Shown: one piece after another, positions 11,535-20,422 of the stretch
Position numbering within the stretch: the first letter of the stretch is position 1
Layout: each line of letters begins with the position of its first letter
From: Opitutia bacterium
GTDB taxonomy: Bacteria; Verrucomicrobiota; Verrucomicrobiia; Opitutales; Seribacteraceae
Assembly: GCA_002716045.1 (NCBI GenBank)
Contig: PAZC01000020.1
Coordinates: forward strand, 165,220-229,219
Direction of reading: 5' to 3'
DNA length: 64,000 nt
Notes under the pieces: model-generated
The model's database searches: none
The model's input: the letters and a program-made list of their open reading frames with translations, nothing else
What the model was told of the DNA's origin: nothing
Made by a program: the position numbers and the translations under genes

Positions 11535-12364
11535 GCATCGACGCGGATGCCTTGAGCCAAGCGCAGGCGTTCTTGGCCAATACTTGGCCTGGAGCCCAAC
11601 CCTCGACCGCTCTCGTTTGCGGTTCGGGATGGAACGACCTCAACAAAATCTTCACGATACGCGAGACGCTTTCATATGATGAAATCCCGGGGCTTGGAGC
11701 AACTGGGGTCGAAGGCCATGCAGGACAACTCTCATGGGCTGAGCTAGATGGTGTGGAAACTTTTGTATTCCAAGGCCGTCGCCATTTCTATGAAGGCGTG
11801 GGTTGGACACCGATCGCAATACCCGTTCACTTGTCCAAATCCGCGGGAGCAAACTCTATCCTGCTTACCAACGCTGCCGGCGGCATAAACGAAAATTTTG
11901 CAGCAGGTGATCTCATGATGCTACGGGATCATCTCAACTTCATGCCGGGGAACCCTTTGATTGGGCCACATGACAAAGTGTGGGGGTCTCGCTTCCCTGA
12001 TCAAACAAGCGTTTATCACCCCTCCCTTAGGGCTAGTTTGCGAGAAGCCGCCGAACAATGCGGTCATTCCGTGCAGGAAGGTGTCTATGCTGCCTTATCG
12101 GGTCCCACCTTCGAAACTCCAGCCGAAATAAAGGCATTTCGTGCCTTGGGCGCCGATGCCGTAGGGATGTCAACCGTTCCCGAAGCCATTCTAGCCAATG
12201 CTGCCGGAATGAAGGTCGCTGCTCTTTCCTGCATAAGCAACCTCGCTGCGGGAGTAAGTCCGCATCCCCTATCGCACGAGGAAGTAGCGGAAACTGCCTC
12301 AAGAGCCATGCCTAAGATGCAAGCCATCATAGAGGCATTCTGGCCCAAAATAGCCGCAGGGTGA
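11531..12364 (+). CDS. punA: Purine nucleoside phosphorylase (trimeric PNP family)
   Basis: Motifs GSGW, VEGHAGQL and GMSTVPE typical of inosine/guanosine phosphorylases. Start set to the ATG at 11531, which overlaps the previous stop codon. Confidence 0.85.
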   Translation: MSIDADALSQAQAFLANTWPGAQPSTALVCGSGWNDLNKIFTIRETLSYDEIPGLGATGVEGHAGQLSWAELDGVETFVFQGRRHFYEGVGWTPIAIPVHLSKSAGANSILLTNAAGGINENFAAGDLMMLRDHLNFMPGNPLIGPHDKVWGSRFPDQTSVYHPSLRASLREAAEQCGHSVQEGVYAALSGPTFETPAEIKAFRALGADAVGMSTVPEAILANAAGMKVAALSCISNLAAGVSPHPLSHEEVAETASRAMPKMQAIIEAFWPKIAAG

Positions 12365-12366
12365 GC

Positions 12367-13305
12367 CTATTGCTCGACCTCGCTCAGGCGAGGCATGGCG
12401 AGAGCCGACCCTTTTCGCTGAACAGCCAATCCTGCCACTTTGGTAGCAAATGAAACCGCCTCAGGCCATTCCGTCCCGCGAGCCATGGAGGCAGCCAAGC
12501 CTCCCACGAAGGAATCTCCGGCTCCCACTGTATCGATTGCATGAATGCCAGGTTCAGGACGGTAGCGGCCATGTCCCGATGGACTGGACAGGTAGCACCC
12601 CTCCTCGCCTAGTGTAACGATAACTGTGGGAACGGCAATGGACTCGCAGCGCAATCTAAATTCATCGTCCGAAAGCTCAGCGACTTCTTCCGGCGAAACA
12701 GCCAATTCACGGGTTTCTTCGAAGCTCGACAACAAACCGGAAAACTCCGATTCGTTAGGGATCAAAGCATCAACGTAAGGCAGCAAATCAGGTTGAAGCT
12801 TGTTCGTAAAAGGAGCAGGATTGAGGATTGTCACGGCACCGTTCTCACGACCCAAGGATAATGCATGCTCGGTGGATTTCGGGCTAATCTCGCATTGGCA
12901 TACAACTACTTTCGCTTTCGCCAACAAATGCTCGGGAATGCGATAGTATTCCCAGAGGAGGTTTGCGCCGAGATCCACCACTATGCGATTCTGGCCGCTG
13001 GCATCGATTTGAATGGACGCTGTTCCGGTCGGACCATCCACTTCCAGCAGATGGGCCTGAATACCTTCTTCAGCAAACAATTTCTTCGCCCCTTCGCCTA
13101 GGATATCTCGTCCCACGCCTCCTACAAAGGCTGTCGGAATTTCTAATCGAGAAACTGCCACGGCTTGGTTCGTCCCCTTTCCTCCGGGATCATCGTAAAA
13201 GTCTCCAAGCACGGATTCGCCGTCCAAGGGAAATCGTTCGGTGCGCCACTTCATGTCGTGAACGTAACTTCCGACTACCACAACTTGCGGAGTTGGATCA
13301 CTCAT
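12367..13305 (-). CDS. rbsK: Ribokinase (PfkB family)
   Basis: Ribokinase-type motif GGKGTNQAVA and PfkB signature DTVGAGDSFVGG. The ORF-track start at 13317 is a TTG overlapping the upstream gene, so I use the ATG at 13305, 4 nt after the DUF1501 stop codon. Confidence 0.75.
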   Translation of the reverse strand: MSDPTPQVVVVGSYVHDMKWRTERFPLDGESVLGDFYDDPGGKGTNQAVAVSRLEIPTAFVGGVGRDILGEGAKKLFAEEGIQAHLLEVDGPTGTASIQIDASGQNRIVVDLGANLLWEYYRIPEHLLAKAKVVVCQCEISPKSTEHALSLGRENGAVTILNPAPFTNKLQPDLLPYVDALIPNESEFSGLLSSFEETRELAVSPEEVAELSDDEFRLRCESIAVPTVIVTLGEEGCYLSSPSGHGRYRPEPGIHAIDTVGAGDSFVGGLAASMARGTEWPEAVSFATKVAGLAVQRKGSALAMPRLSEVEQ

Positions 13306-13309
13306 GGAA

Positions 13310-14734
13310 TCAGGCAATCAAGTCAGTTACCAATTTGCCATGAACGTCGGTCAAGCGAAAGTCTCGACCCGCATAGCGATAGGTAAATTCTTCGTGATCG
13401 AAACCTAGCAAATGCAACATGGTGGCATGAAGATCATGAACGTGAACGGGATTTTCCACCGCTCGAAACCCAAATTCATCGGTGGCCCCATGGACGTAGC
13501 CGGCTTTAACCCCACCGCCCGCCATCCACATGGAAAAACCATGATGATTGTGATCCCGTCCATTCACCTTACCCCCATTGGATCCGGGCTTTGGCAACTC
13601 AACCGTGGGCGTACGACCAAATTCACCACCCCATAGGACCAATGTTTCCTCCAGCAAACCAGATCGCTTGAGGTCAGTCAGTAAAGCACCTATGGCTTGG
13701 TCGCATTCACTGGCCAAACGCCTATGATTCTTTTCGATTTCATCGTGACTGTCCCAAGGCTGATCCTTGCCATGCCACAACTGAACAAAGCGAACGCCTC
13801 GTTCAACCAAACGGCGAGCGATGAGACATTGCTTGGCATGAATGCCAGGGCCATACAACTCGCGCACTTTGGCCGGTTCCTTGGAAACGTCAAATGCGTC
13901 ACTAGCCTCCATTTGCATGCGGTAAGCTAATTCGAATGATTGAATGCGAGCCTCGAGACGAGGGTCCGAGCCACGTATTTCGGCGTGTTGGTGATTAAGT
14001 TCGCGGAGTATGGCGAGTTGCCGAGCTTGACGATCAGGGCTCCGAGAAGGCTTGAGGTTGGCAATGACATCATTGGGACCTCCCTTTGTTGGATCAACGT
14101 AAGTACCTTGATAGATGCCTGGCAAAAAAGCCGATCTCCAATTACTGGTTTCTGTGATCGGATACCCGTTCGGACAAAGCACCACGAAACCAGGCAGGTT
14201 CTCGTTCTCCGTGCCGAGGCCATAGGTAACCCAAGACCCCATACTCGGTCGCGGGAGGCGCGCATCGCCACAATTCATGAGCATAAGTGATGGCTCGTGG
14301 TTGGGTAAATCAGCTTGCATTGAACGAATAACGCACAACTCGTCGGCGTGAGCTGCAACATGCGGAAAAATTTCGCTGACCTGAAGGCCGCTCTTGCCGT
14401 AACGATTAAAACGGAAAGGGGATCCGAAAGCGGCCCCGGTCTTACGTTCGGTTGCGAGTCGACGCCCTTCCGGCAAAGCATTGCCAGACCATTTGGTTAG
14501 TTCCGGCTTGGGATCGAAGGTATCCATATGAGCCGGACCACCGTTCATGAAAAGATGTATGACGCGTTTCGCTTTTGGAGCAAAATGCGGTCCACGAGGC
14601 GACATGGGATTCGTCGATGCCGCACCAAGAACGTCTCGTCCGCAAAGAGCACTCAAAGCGGTCATGCCCAAGCCCATTCCGCAACGAGAAAGAAAATCGC
14701 GTCGAGCAAAAGGCAATTCCCGAAAAGATGACAT
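13310..14734 (-). CDS. DUF1501 domain protein (Tat-exported, sulfatase/alkaline-phosphatase superfamily)
   Basis: Twin-arginine leader (RRDFLSRCGMGLG) and the family motif NGRDHNHHGFSMWMAGGG. The start lies 2 nt after the stop of the DUF1553 gene. Confidence 0.85.
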   Translation of the reverse strand: MSSFRELPFARRDFLSRCGMGLGMTALSALCGRDVLGAASTNPMSPRGPHFAPKAKRVIHLFMNGGPAHMDTFDPKPELTKWSGNALPEGRRLATERKTGAAFGSPFRFNRYGKSGLQVSEIFPHVAAHADELCVIRSMQADLPNHEPSLMLMNCGDARLPRPSMGSWVTYGLGTENENLPGFVVLCPNGYPITETSNWRSAFLPGIYQGTYVDPTKGGPNDVIANLKPSRSPDRQARQLAILRELNHQHAEIRGSDPRLEARIQSFELAYRMQMEASDAFDVSKEPAKVRELYGPGIHAKQCLIARRLVERGVRFVQLWHGKDQPWDSHDEIEKNHRRLASECDQAIGALLTDLKRSGLLEETLVLWGGEFGRTPTVELPKPGSNGGKVNGRDHNHHGFSMWMAGGGVKAGYVHGATDEFGFRAVENPVHVHDLHATMLHLLGFDHEEFTYRYAGRDFRLTDVHGKLVTDLIA

Positions 14735-14736
14735 AA

Positions 14737-17082
14737 TTAGTCGATAAAGAAGAATTCGTTGGAAACTAGCAAGGCTTGGGCTAAATCTACCAATTCTGGC
14801 AAAGTCGACTCCTGACCCAAAAAAACACGGGCAGATGTTAGTTCTCGCGGAGAAGGGTCTCTTGATAAAATCCGCCGATACAGGGAACGAATAGCAACCT
14901 CCGGGGATTGCGCTGCCGAGGAACCGCCCAAGGTCTCCGCCCGGGCCAAAACAAAAGGATCATTCAACGCGAACAAGGCTTGTTGAGGCACTGTGGTTTC
15001 AGGGCGGGCGGGTGTATGGATGTTTGGATTGGAGAAATCGAAAGTACGCAACAAGGCCGGAATATTCTGTCGATCCACATAACCATAAGCAGCGCGCCGA
15101 AAAGAATAAGGCTTCTCATTCAACTTCACGGAGCGTCCGCCAACGGTCAAATCAAGATCACCCGATACAAACAGCATGGCATCTCTCATTGCCTCGAAAT
15201 CGAGTCGCTTTCGATTCATGACTGATAAAAAGCGGTTGGAGGAATCACTTGCTGGGGGAGTACCACTGGATCGGCCATAAACTTCACTCAACGCAATGCG
15301 TCGAAGGAGACGCTTTAGGTCCCAAGAATCAGCTTGGAAAGAGGAGGAAAGATGATCGAGAAGACGGGGATGAGAAGGAGAATCGCCACGCAGGCCGAAG
15401 TCACTTGTGGTACGCACAATGCCCTCTCCCATAACTTGCTGCCAAACTCGATTCACGAAGACACGAACTGTCAATGGATTGCCAGGAGAAAGAATGGATT
15501 GAGCAAGTTCCAGGCGACCACTTCCTTTGCCATAAGATTTGCGTACAGCTTCAGGTGAAAGCGCAGCGAGGAAACGACGGGGCACTTCACGGCCAGGAGC
15601 ACTAGGGTTACCTCGTTCAAGAATTCGAGGGTTCCTTGCATGACTTTCGTCCAACAGGATCATGGCTCTAGGCGGCGAACCAGGATGCTCCGCATGATGC
15701 TTGGTAACCTTGGCGCGCAACGAATTGGTTTTATTGCGGACTTCGGTGTCAAAATAGCGCTCAAGCTCAGCGGAAGAGAAAGAAACGGGGAAAGCGGAAG
15801 ATGCCAAGATAGTCCCAATTCCCTTGGTCGAATTTCCTTTTTCAATTTGGGCCAAAACCTGAGCAAACTCACTGGCATACCAAGAAATCACCTCGGAAAA
15901 TTTCTTGGGAGAACTTTTCTTCAAGTTTTGAACGACGAAAACCGGAATTCCATCTCTTGAGGACAGCAAATCAGCTGAAACTTTCGGGTAATTATTGGCG
16001 GAGGTTTGGGCAAAGGCACGCCATGCTCGGAAAAGGCGATCGCCGGATTTATCCTTGTTCGCCAAAAACTTTCGCCACCGAATAGCCAACTTCGGGTAAA
16101 GTTTTCGCTTGGATGCAAGGGCATCCAATCGATCGTCCGACAAATCATAACCATCATGAACAACCTGAAGGTAAGCTCGCAAACCATTCTCCGATCGGAG
16201 GAATCTCCATTTAGAGATGAGGTGGTCTTCAACTGCTTTCTCCAAAGCCCGAAGCTTGGCTTCAAATGCCTTGTAGTCGGGAGAAGATGGATCAGGTCGG
16301 CCAATAACTGGCAATTCCTCAGGTTCCTTGGTTAAGTCAAATACACCGTAAAGCGAATAATAGTCCTCTTGGGGAACAGGATCATAAAAATGATCGTGGC
16401 AACGGGCGCAACCAACGGTAAATCCCATGAGACCTCGCGTAACAACATCAATGCGATCATCGATTATGAGATGCCTGCGATTCAAAAAACGAGGACCGAT
16501 GGTAAGAAAACCCAAAGCTGCGAGATCAGGATGATTCGGGGAATCCAAAAGTAGATCAGCCGCCAGCTGTTTTCTGATAAAAGAATCGAAAGGCATTCCG
16601 GCATTGAGTGAACGGAACACCCAATCTCGGTACGAGTAGGCAAAGGGATAACTTCTACTTGCTCCGCCGACCAGATATCCCTTGGTGTCAGAATATCGTG
16701 CGAGATCCAACCAATGACGTCCCCAACGCTCGCCAAAACGAGGCGATGCAAGCAACTTGTCCAGTTTTCGCTCAAGGGCATCGGGGCGAAGATCATTCTC
16801 GAATTCCAAAACCTCCTGATAGGTAGCGGGAAGGCCTGTAAGATCAAACGAGACCCTGCCTAAAAGAGTGGACTTGGATGCCGGCAATCCAGGTTGAAGT
16901 TTCTTCTCTTGAAGTTTGTCCAAAACGAAAGAATCGATCGCTGAAAGAGAGTGAAGAACCTGTGGCGTAGCAGGTTGGCCAATGCTTTGAAAAGCCCAGT
17001 GATCTCGAGTTTGATCAACAGTCGGCCTCTGCCCGTAAGCAAAAAACGGGCAGAGGAAACAAGCAAGTCTGCCTAACCTCAT
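14737..17082 (-). CDS. DUF1549/DUF1553 (PSCyt2/PSD1) domain protein
   Basis: CARCHDHFYDP motif (16396-16410) of DUF1549 and the VNRVWQQVMGEGIV...PSHPRLLDHL block of DUF1553. Start trimmed to the ATG at 17082 (MRLGRLACFLCPFFAYG, signal-like). Confidence 0.85.
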   Translation of the reverse strand: MRLGRLACFLCPFFAYGQRPTVDQTRDHWAFQSIGQPATPQVLHSLSAIDSFVLDKLQEKKLQPGLPASKSTLLGRVSFDLTGLPATYQEVLEFENDLRPDALERKLDKLLASPRFGERWGRHWLDLARYSDTKGYLVGGASRSYPFAYSYRDWVFRSLNAGMPFDSFIRKQLAADLLLDSPNHPDLAALGFLTIGPRFLNRRHLIIDDRIDVVTRGLMGFTVGCARCHDHFYDPVPQEDYYSLYGVFDLTKEPEELPVIGRPDPSSPDYKAFEAKLRALEKAVEDHLISKWRFLRSENGLRAYLQVVHDGYDLSDDRLDALASKRKLYPKLAIRWRKFLANKDKSGDRLFRAWRAFAQTSANNYPKVSADLLSSRDGIPVFVVQNLKKSSPKKFSEVISWYASEFAQVLAQIEKGNSTKGIGTILASSAFPVSFSSAELERYFDTEVRNKTNSLRAKVTKHHAEHPGSPPRAMILLDESHARNPRILERGNPSAPGREVPRRFLAALSPEAVRKSYGKGSGRLELAQSILSPGNPLTVRVFVNRVWQQVMGEGIVRTTSDFGLRGDSPSHPRLLDHLSSSFQADSWDLKRLLRRIALSEVYGRSSGTPPASDSSNRFLSVMNRKRLDFEAMRDAMLFVSGDLDLTVGGRSVKLNEKPYSFRRAAYGYVDRQNIPALLRTFDFSNPNIHTPARPETTVPQQALFALNDPFVLARAETLGGSSAAQSPEVAIRSLYRRILSRDPSPRELTSARVFLGQESTLPELVDLAQALLVSNEFFFID

Positions 17083-17177
17083 AAACTCAAATATCTCTAT
17101 CGAAGAAGTCGTGGCAACAAACAATCACTCTAATTCGCAGATCACCCTGCACCGAGCATTGCCAATCTAGAGAAGGT

Positions 17178-18848
17178 TCAAGGGAGACGATCCAATCGAG
17201 GCATCGAGAAAGGGCGCCCTATCTCGTAAAGTTCTCGCACTTCCTCAGCACCTAAGGCATCGCGGAAAACCAGAAATTCGTCAATGGCTCCACGTATACT
17301 TTGACCATCCGATACAACTTTATCTTCTGTATTGGCATTGCCAAGTTCGCCACCGTCCAAAGTAAGGCCTGTCTTGCCTTGCATAGCTTCCCTGCTAAAT
17401 GGGCGGCCATCAAGATAATGAGTAACTTTCCCCTGCCTGGAATCAAAAGTGGTAGCCAGGTGCACCCATTGTCCAAATTGGTTAGAGCGAAAAACCACCG
17501 GGGATACATACTCAGTGGACCCGGCTTCTCCTCGAGTTCGAAGCAACATACGCCCTCTGCCATCAAAACCCCATGAAACGGCCCCTTTCCTGGATGAAGC
17601 AAGATGCAAGATGGGATTGAATTCCTTGCGCAATCTATCCAAGCGAACCCATGACATGAAGGTGGCATTGGATAAACGTCCTTTTAACTTAAGCCGAACG
17701 CGATCATTGGATCCTGAAAAACGCAATGCCCCTTTGCCTGGCCAACGACCCTCTATCCATTTGCAACCAACAATGGCACCGTCCTCTCTCTTCTTCTTGT
17801 GATTCACTTCGTCGCGAAGGGCTCGGGCCCAAGAACGATGATCATCAAAGGTGAAATAAAGTGCCATCCGCTTGTCTTCAGCCAACTCCTGACTCAAGGC
17901 AACCCATCCTGCATAACGTCGCTGGGCTTCCTCCATAGATCGATAGGCAACGTCAGCTGCGCCGATAAATGGTTCGGAAGGCATATCTATCCATTCGATT
18001 TCCCCCTGCGCGTCAACAAATACACTTTGACCGGCCTCCAGTTCGGCAAAGGCTCGTTCAGTGTCCCGTTCCTTTCCTTCAAACACTACCTTGCCGGCAT
18101 AAACGAAAATCTCGGCCGAACCATTCTCCCAGGCATGCAGGCCAAACTCAGTACCTAGATCGATCACCTTGCCTTTCGTCATGACGACAGTAAAGCCTGC
18201 AGCGGCTTGCGGAACGATGGCGCGAAGCTTTCCCTTGGTCAGAGAAACTTCGTTGGGTGACAATAGCCTGAAATCGGCAGGTCCTTCAATGACCAACGTG
18301 GCTCCGTGACGCAATTCGACTTGAGCAAGGCCAGCTGCAAGTTTCATAGGAATGCCTCGCAGTGAGTCTCCTCTAACGGGACGCAGCTCGGAATCAGATG
18401 CCCACTCAACACCCAACGCACTTGTAAGTTGTCCCCATGCATTCACAGATGGTTGAGTAATTGAGCTTCGAGAGCCCTCGGCCATTTGGGAATTCAAGCT
18501 TGCTGAAGCATTCTGCGAGCGCTGGTAAGACTTATATCCAAAAAAGCAAAGAGCCACTACCGCAGCAACTGCGGCAACGGATCGAAAGATCCCCAAGAGA
18601 TCTTGGGGTTTAGTCTCGAATGGAACAAGCTTTTCGCCTACTTCGTCATCCTCTTCGTTGAAACATTCTTCGGCATAGTGGCGAAGGCTGGAGGACAAAT
18701 CCATGAACCTGACGTACCGCCGGCGAACAGCTTCGCTTTCAGCTATCCATTCCTCCAACCGGCGAAGACGTTCTCCAGCAAGGTTGTTCTCCACGAGATC
18801 ATCGAGGAGCTCGTGAAGCTCAAGAATTTCTTTGTCTGTCAAACCCAT
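17178..18848 (-). CDS. Anti-sigma factor, FecR-like with C-terminal LamG (concanavalin-like) domain
   Basis: N-terminal helical anti-sigma segment, one TM (AAVAAVVALCFFGY), a FecR-type beta domain (GATLVIEGPADFRLL...GTEFGL) and a Laminin_G_3-like C-terminus (ALRFSGSNDRVRL...GAIDEFLVFRDALGAEEVRELY). It lies 9 nt downstream of the ECF sigma gene. Confidence 0.75.
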   Translation of the reverse strand: MGLTDKEILELHELLDDLVENNLAGERLRRLEEWIAESEAVRRRYVRFMDLSSSLRHYAEECFNEEDDEVGEKLVPFETKPQDLLGIFRSVAAVAAVVALCFFGYKSYQRSQNASASLNSQMAEGSRSSITQPSVNAWGQLTSALGVEWASDSELRPVRGDSLRGIPMKLAAGLAQVELRHGATLVIEGPADFRLLSPNEVSLTKGKLRAIVPQAAAGFTVVMTKGKVIDLGTEFGLHAWENGSAEIFVYAGKVVFEGKERDTERAFAELEAGQSVFVDAQGEIEWIDMPSEPFIGAADVAYRSMEEAQRRYAGWVALSQELAEDKRMALYFTFDDHRSWARALRDEVNHKKKREDGAIVGCKWIEGRWPGKGALRFSGSNDRVRLKLKGRLSNATFMSWVRLDRLRKEFNPILHLASSRKGAVSWGFDGRGRMLLRTRGEAGSTEYVSPVVFRSNQFGQWVHLATTFDSRQGKVTHYLDGRPFSREAMQGKTGLTLDGGELGNANTEDKVVSDGQSIRGAIDEFLVFRDALGAEEVRELYEIGRPFSMPRLDRLP

Positions 18849-18857
18849 GACAATTCC

Positions 18858-19418
18858 TTATGCATTTCCTTCAAGGGAAACCTGGAAGGTAACGCAATCG
18901 TGCAAAACCTTACGAATGCGAGTGAGGGCTTTGTAAGCACCCTGAATTGTTCGCCCACAGGCTTGAGCTGCCTGAGACACACTGTTGCCAGGCTCATAAC
19001 GGGTAAGAATCATACGGCGATCCCGAGGGTTGAGCTTTTCCAAACAATGGGAAAGCGCATCATGACGATAGTCCAGTTCATGCTCCATCTTGACTCGGGT
19101 TTCAGCCACAACGTCCAACACTTCCTGATTAAATATCACCTTGGAAGTTGCGAACTTTTTACGGGCAGCCTTGACCTTCCAATATGCGACTTGGCACGCC
19201 CAAGAATAAAAATTGGTACCAGGAGTGAACTCGTCGAATTTCTCACAAATAGTCAGGCAAGACTCCTGCAAAATATCTTCGGCATCACTACGATAAGGCA
19301 CAAGTGTATGGATGTAAGCAAAGATACGCCGCTGATACTTCATCATCAGTTGAACCAATTCCGCAGGAACTTCCTTGGAGGAGGAAGGTATGGAACTCTG
19401 CTTATCGGAAGCTTTCAT
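18858..19418 (-). CDS. ECF-type sigma-70 family RNA polymerase sigma factor
   Basis: 186 aa with region 2 (DAEDILQESCL...YSWACQVAYW) and a region 4 helix-turn-helix (ILTRYEPGNSVSQAAQACGRTIQGAYKALTRIR). Confidence 0.85.
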   Translation of the reverse strand: MKASDKQSSIPSSSKEVPAELVQLMMKYQRRIFAYIHTLVPYRSDAEDILQESCLTICEKFDEFTPGTNFYSWACQVAYWKVKAARKKFATSKVIFNQEVLDVVAETRVKMEHELDYRHDALSHCLEKLNPRDRRMILTRYEPGNSVSQAAQACGRTIQGAYKALTRIRKVLHDCVTFQVSLEGNA

Positions 19419-19520
19419 CTAATTGAGCTGAATAAATGAAATAAAATTAGGCTTTCTTGCCCATAGGTCAAAGCGGCAAACACCGCGGAGCTCAAAAATA
19501 TTTTGGCAGGCAAGCCAGCT

Positions 19521-20156
19521 TTAGGCTGCGACTTTCTTGTCCAAACCGCGACGTTCTACTTCACGAAGGGCTTTCTCCAAGGTTTTGGAGGCGAGCTTGA
19601 CGTTGCGCATCTTGCGACGGCAAACCACCTTGCCGTCTTTGGATTTCTGCGAGGCCTCGGTCATGCGGTAATAAATGGTGCCACCAGGTGATTGCAAAAG
19701 ACGAGGTGCTATTACAACGTTCTTTTTGCGACGACGCTTGATCCGACGAACACTATTAGGCGGATGATGCTCAGTTCCTTCGCGCTCATCACGGACGAGA
19801 TCGCCATCGGATTCTTCGATGACTCGCTCAATGGTAGCCTGATCGAGGTACTTGTTACCAAGATCGTTGCAGGCAAAATCATCATCATAATCGACTTCAC
19901 CGTATGGATCATTGACCTCCATCACCTTATGAGCCGGACCAATCAATCCCTTGAATTCCTTCCAATACCATTGAACTGCCTTGTTAACAGCTTTCTTCCT
20001 GCTGTTGCCATAGATCGATTTCTTGGCAATGAATTGGCGATTCGCATCTAACCTGGCTTCCAACAAATATCGGGTTCCATAAATCAGCCGGAAGTAGTCA
20101 TCGTAATCGATTTTGAGCGAAATTTCATAGCGAAGGAAATCATTTAGCTTCATCAT
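19521..20156 (-). CDS. Hypothetical protein, acidic centre and highly basic C-terminal third
   Basis: Start trimmed to the ATGATG at 20156 (MMKLNDFL). The upstream part of the ORF-track ORF runs through an AT-rich, promoter-like region. I recognise no domain. The gene sits between a terminator and the ECF sigma gene. Confidence 0.5.
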   Translation of the reverse strand: MMKLNDFLRYEISLKIDYDDYFRLIYGTRYLLEARLDANRQFIAKKSIYGNSRKKAVNKAVQWYWKEFKGLIGPAHKVMEVNDPYGEVDYDDDFACNDLGNKYLDQATIERVIEESDGDLVRDEREGTEHHPPNSVRRIKRRRKKNVVIAPRLLQSPGGTIYYRMTEASQKSKDGKVVCRRKMRNVKLASKTLEKALREVERRGLDKKVAA

Positions 20157-20344
20157 GATGTTGGTCCCCTGAAAGGCGTTTTGGTTGTTGCGTTGAAATG
20201 AATGTTCAGGAGCCAATAGAAAAACCACTACCATTTTTGGACATTTTTCTGTAAATTTTATCCCAATTTCACATAAAAGTTTATTTGTCAGCATCTTATG
20301 CCATCAATTATTTCATCTTCCTCACTCGCTTCAAATCGGGTCAC

Positions 20345-20372
20345 AAAAAAGGGACCCCGCTTGGGGTCCCCT
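20345..20372 (-). terminator. Rho-independent terminator after the redoxin gene
   Basis: Perfect 8-bp GC-rich stem (gggacccc / ggggtccc, 20351-20358 and 20363-20370) with a 4-nt loop. On the minus strand it is followed by TTTTTT (20345-20350). It lies 50 nt downstream of the stop at 20423. Confidence 0.75.
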
Positions 20373-20422
20373 TTCCTGAAAGCCTCGTAGGCTAAAGAAA
20401 ATCGGTACAGCAGTAAGCCGGA

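Noticed and set aside
18603-19439. 278-aa plus-strand ORF spanning the sigma/anti-sigma junction
   Set aside because: It is antisense to two genes with clear ECF sigma and anti-sigma signatures, and its sequence is low-information.
19521-20294. Possible mobile-element remnant, because the orphan protein's basic C-terminus resembles an integrase arm-binding domain and the region is AT-rich
   Set aside because: There is no recombinase catalytic domain and I saw no flanking direct or inverted repeats. No tRNA or other attachment site is nearby. The resemblance is too weak to call a mobile element, so it is reported only as an orphan gene.
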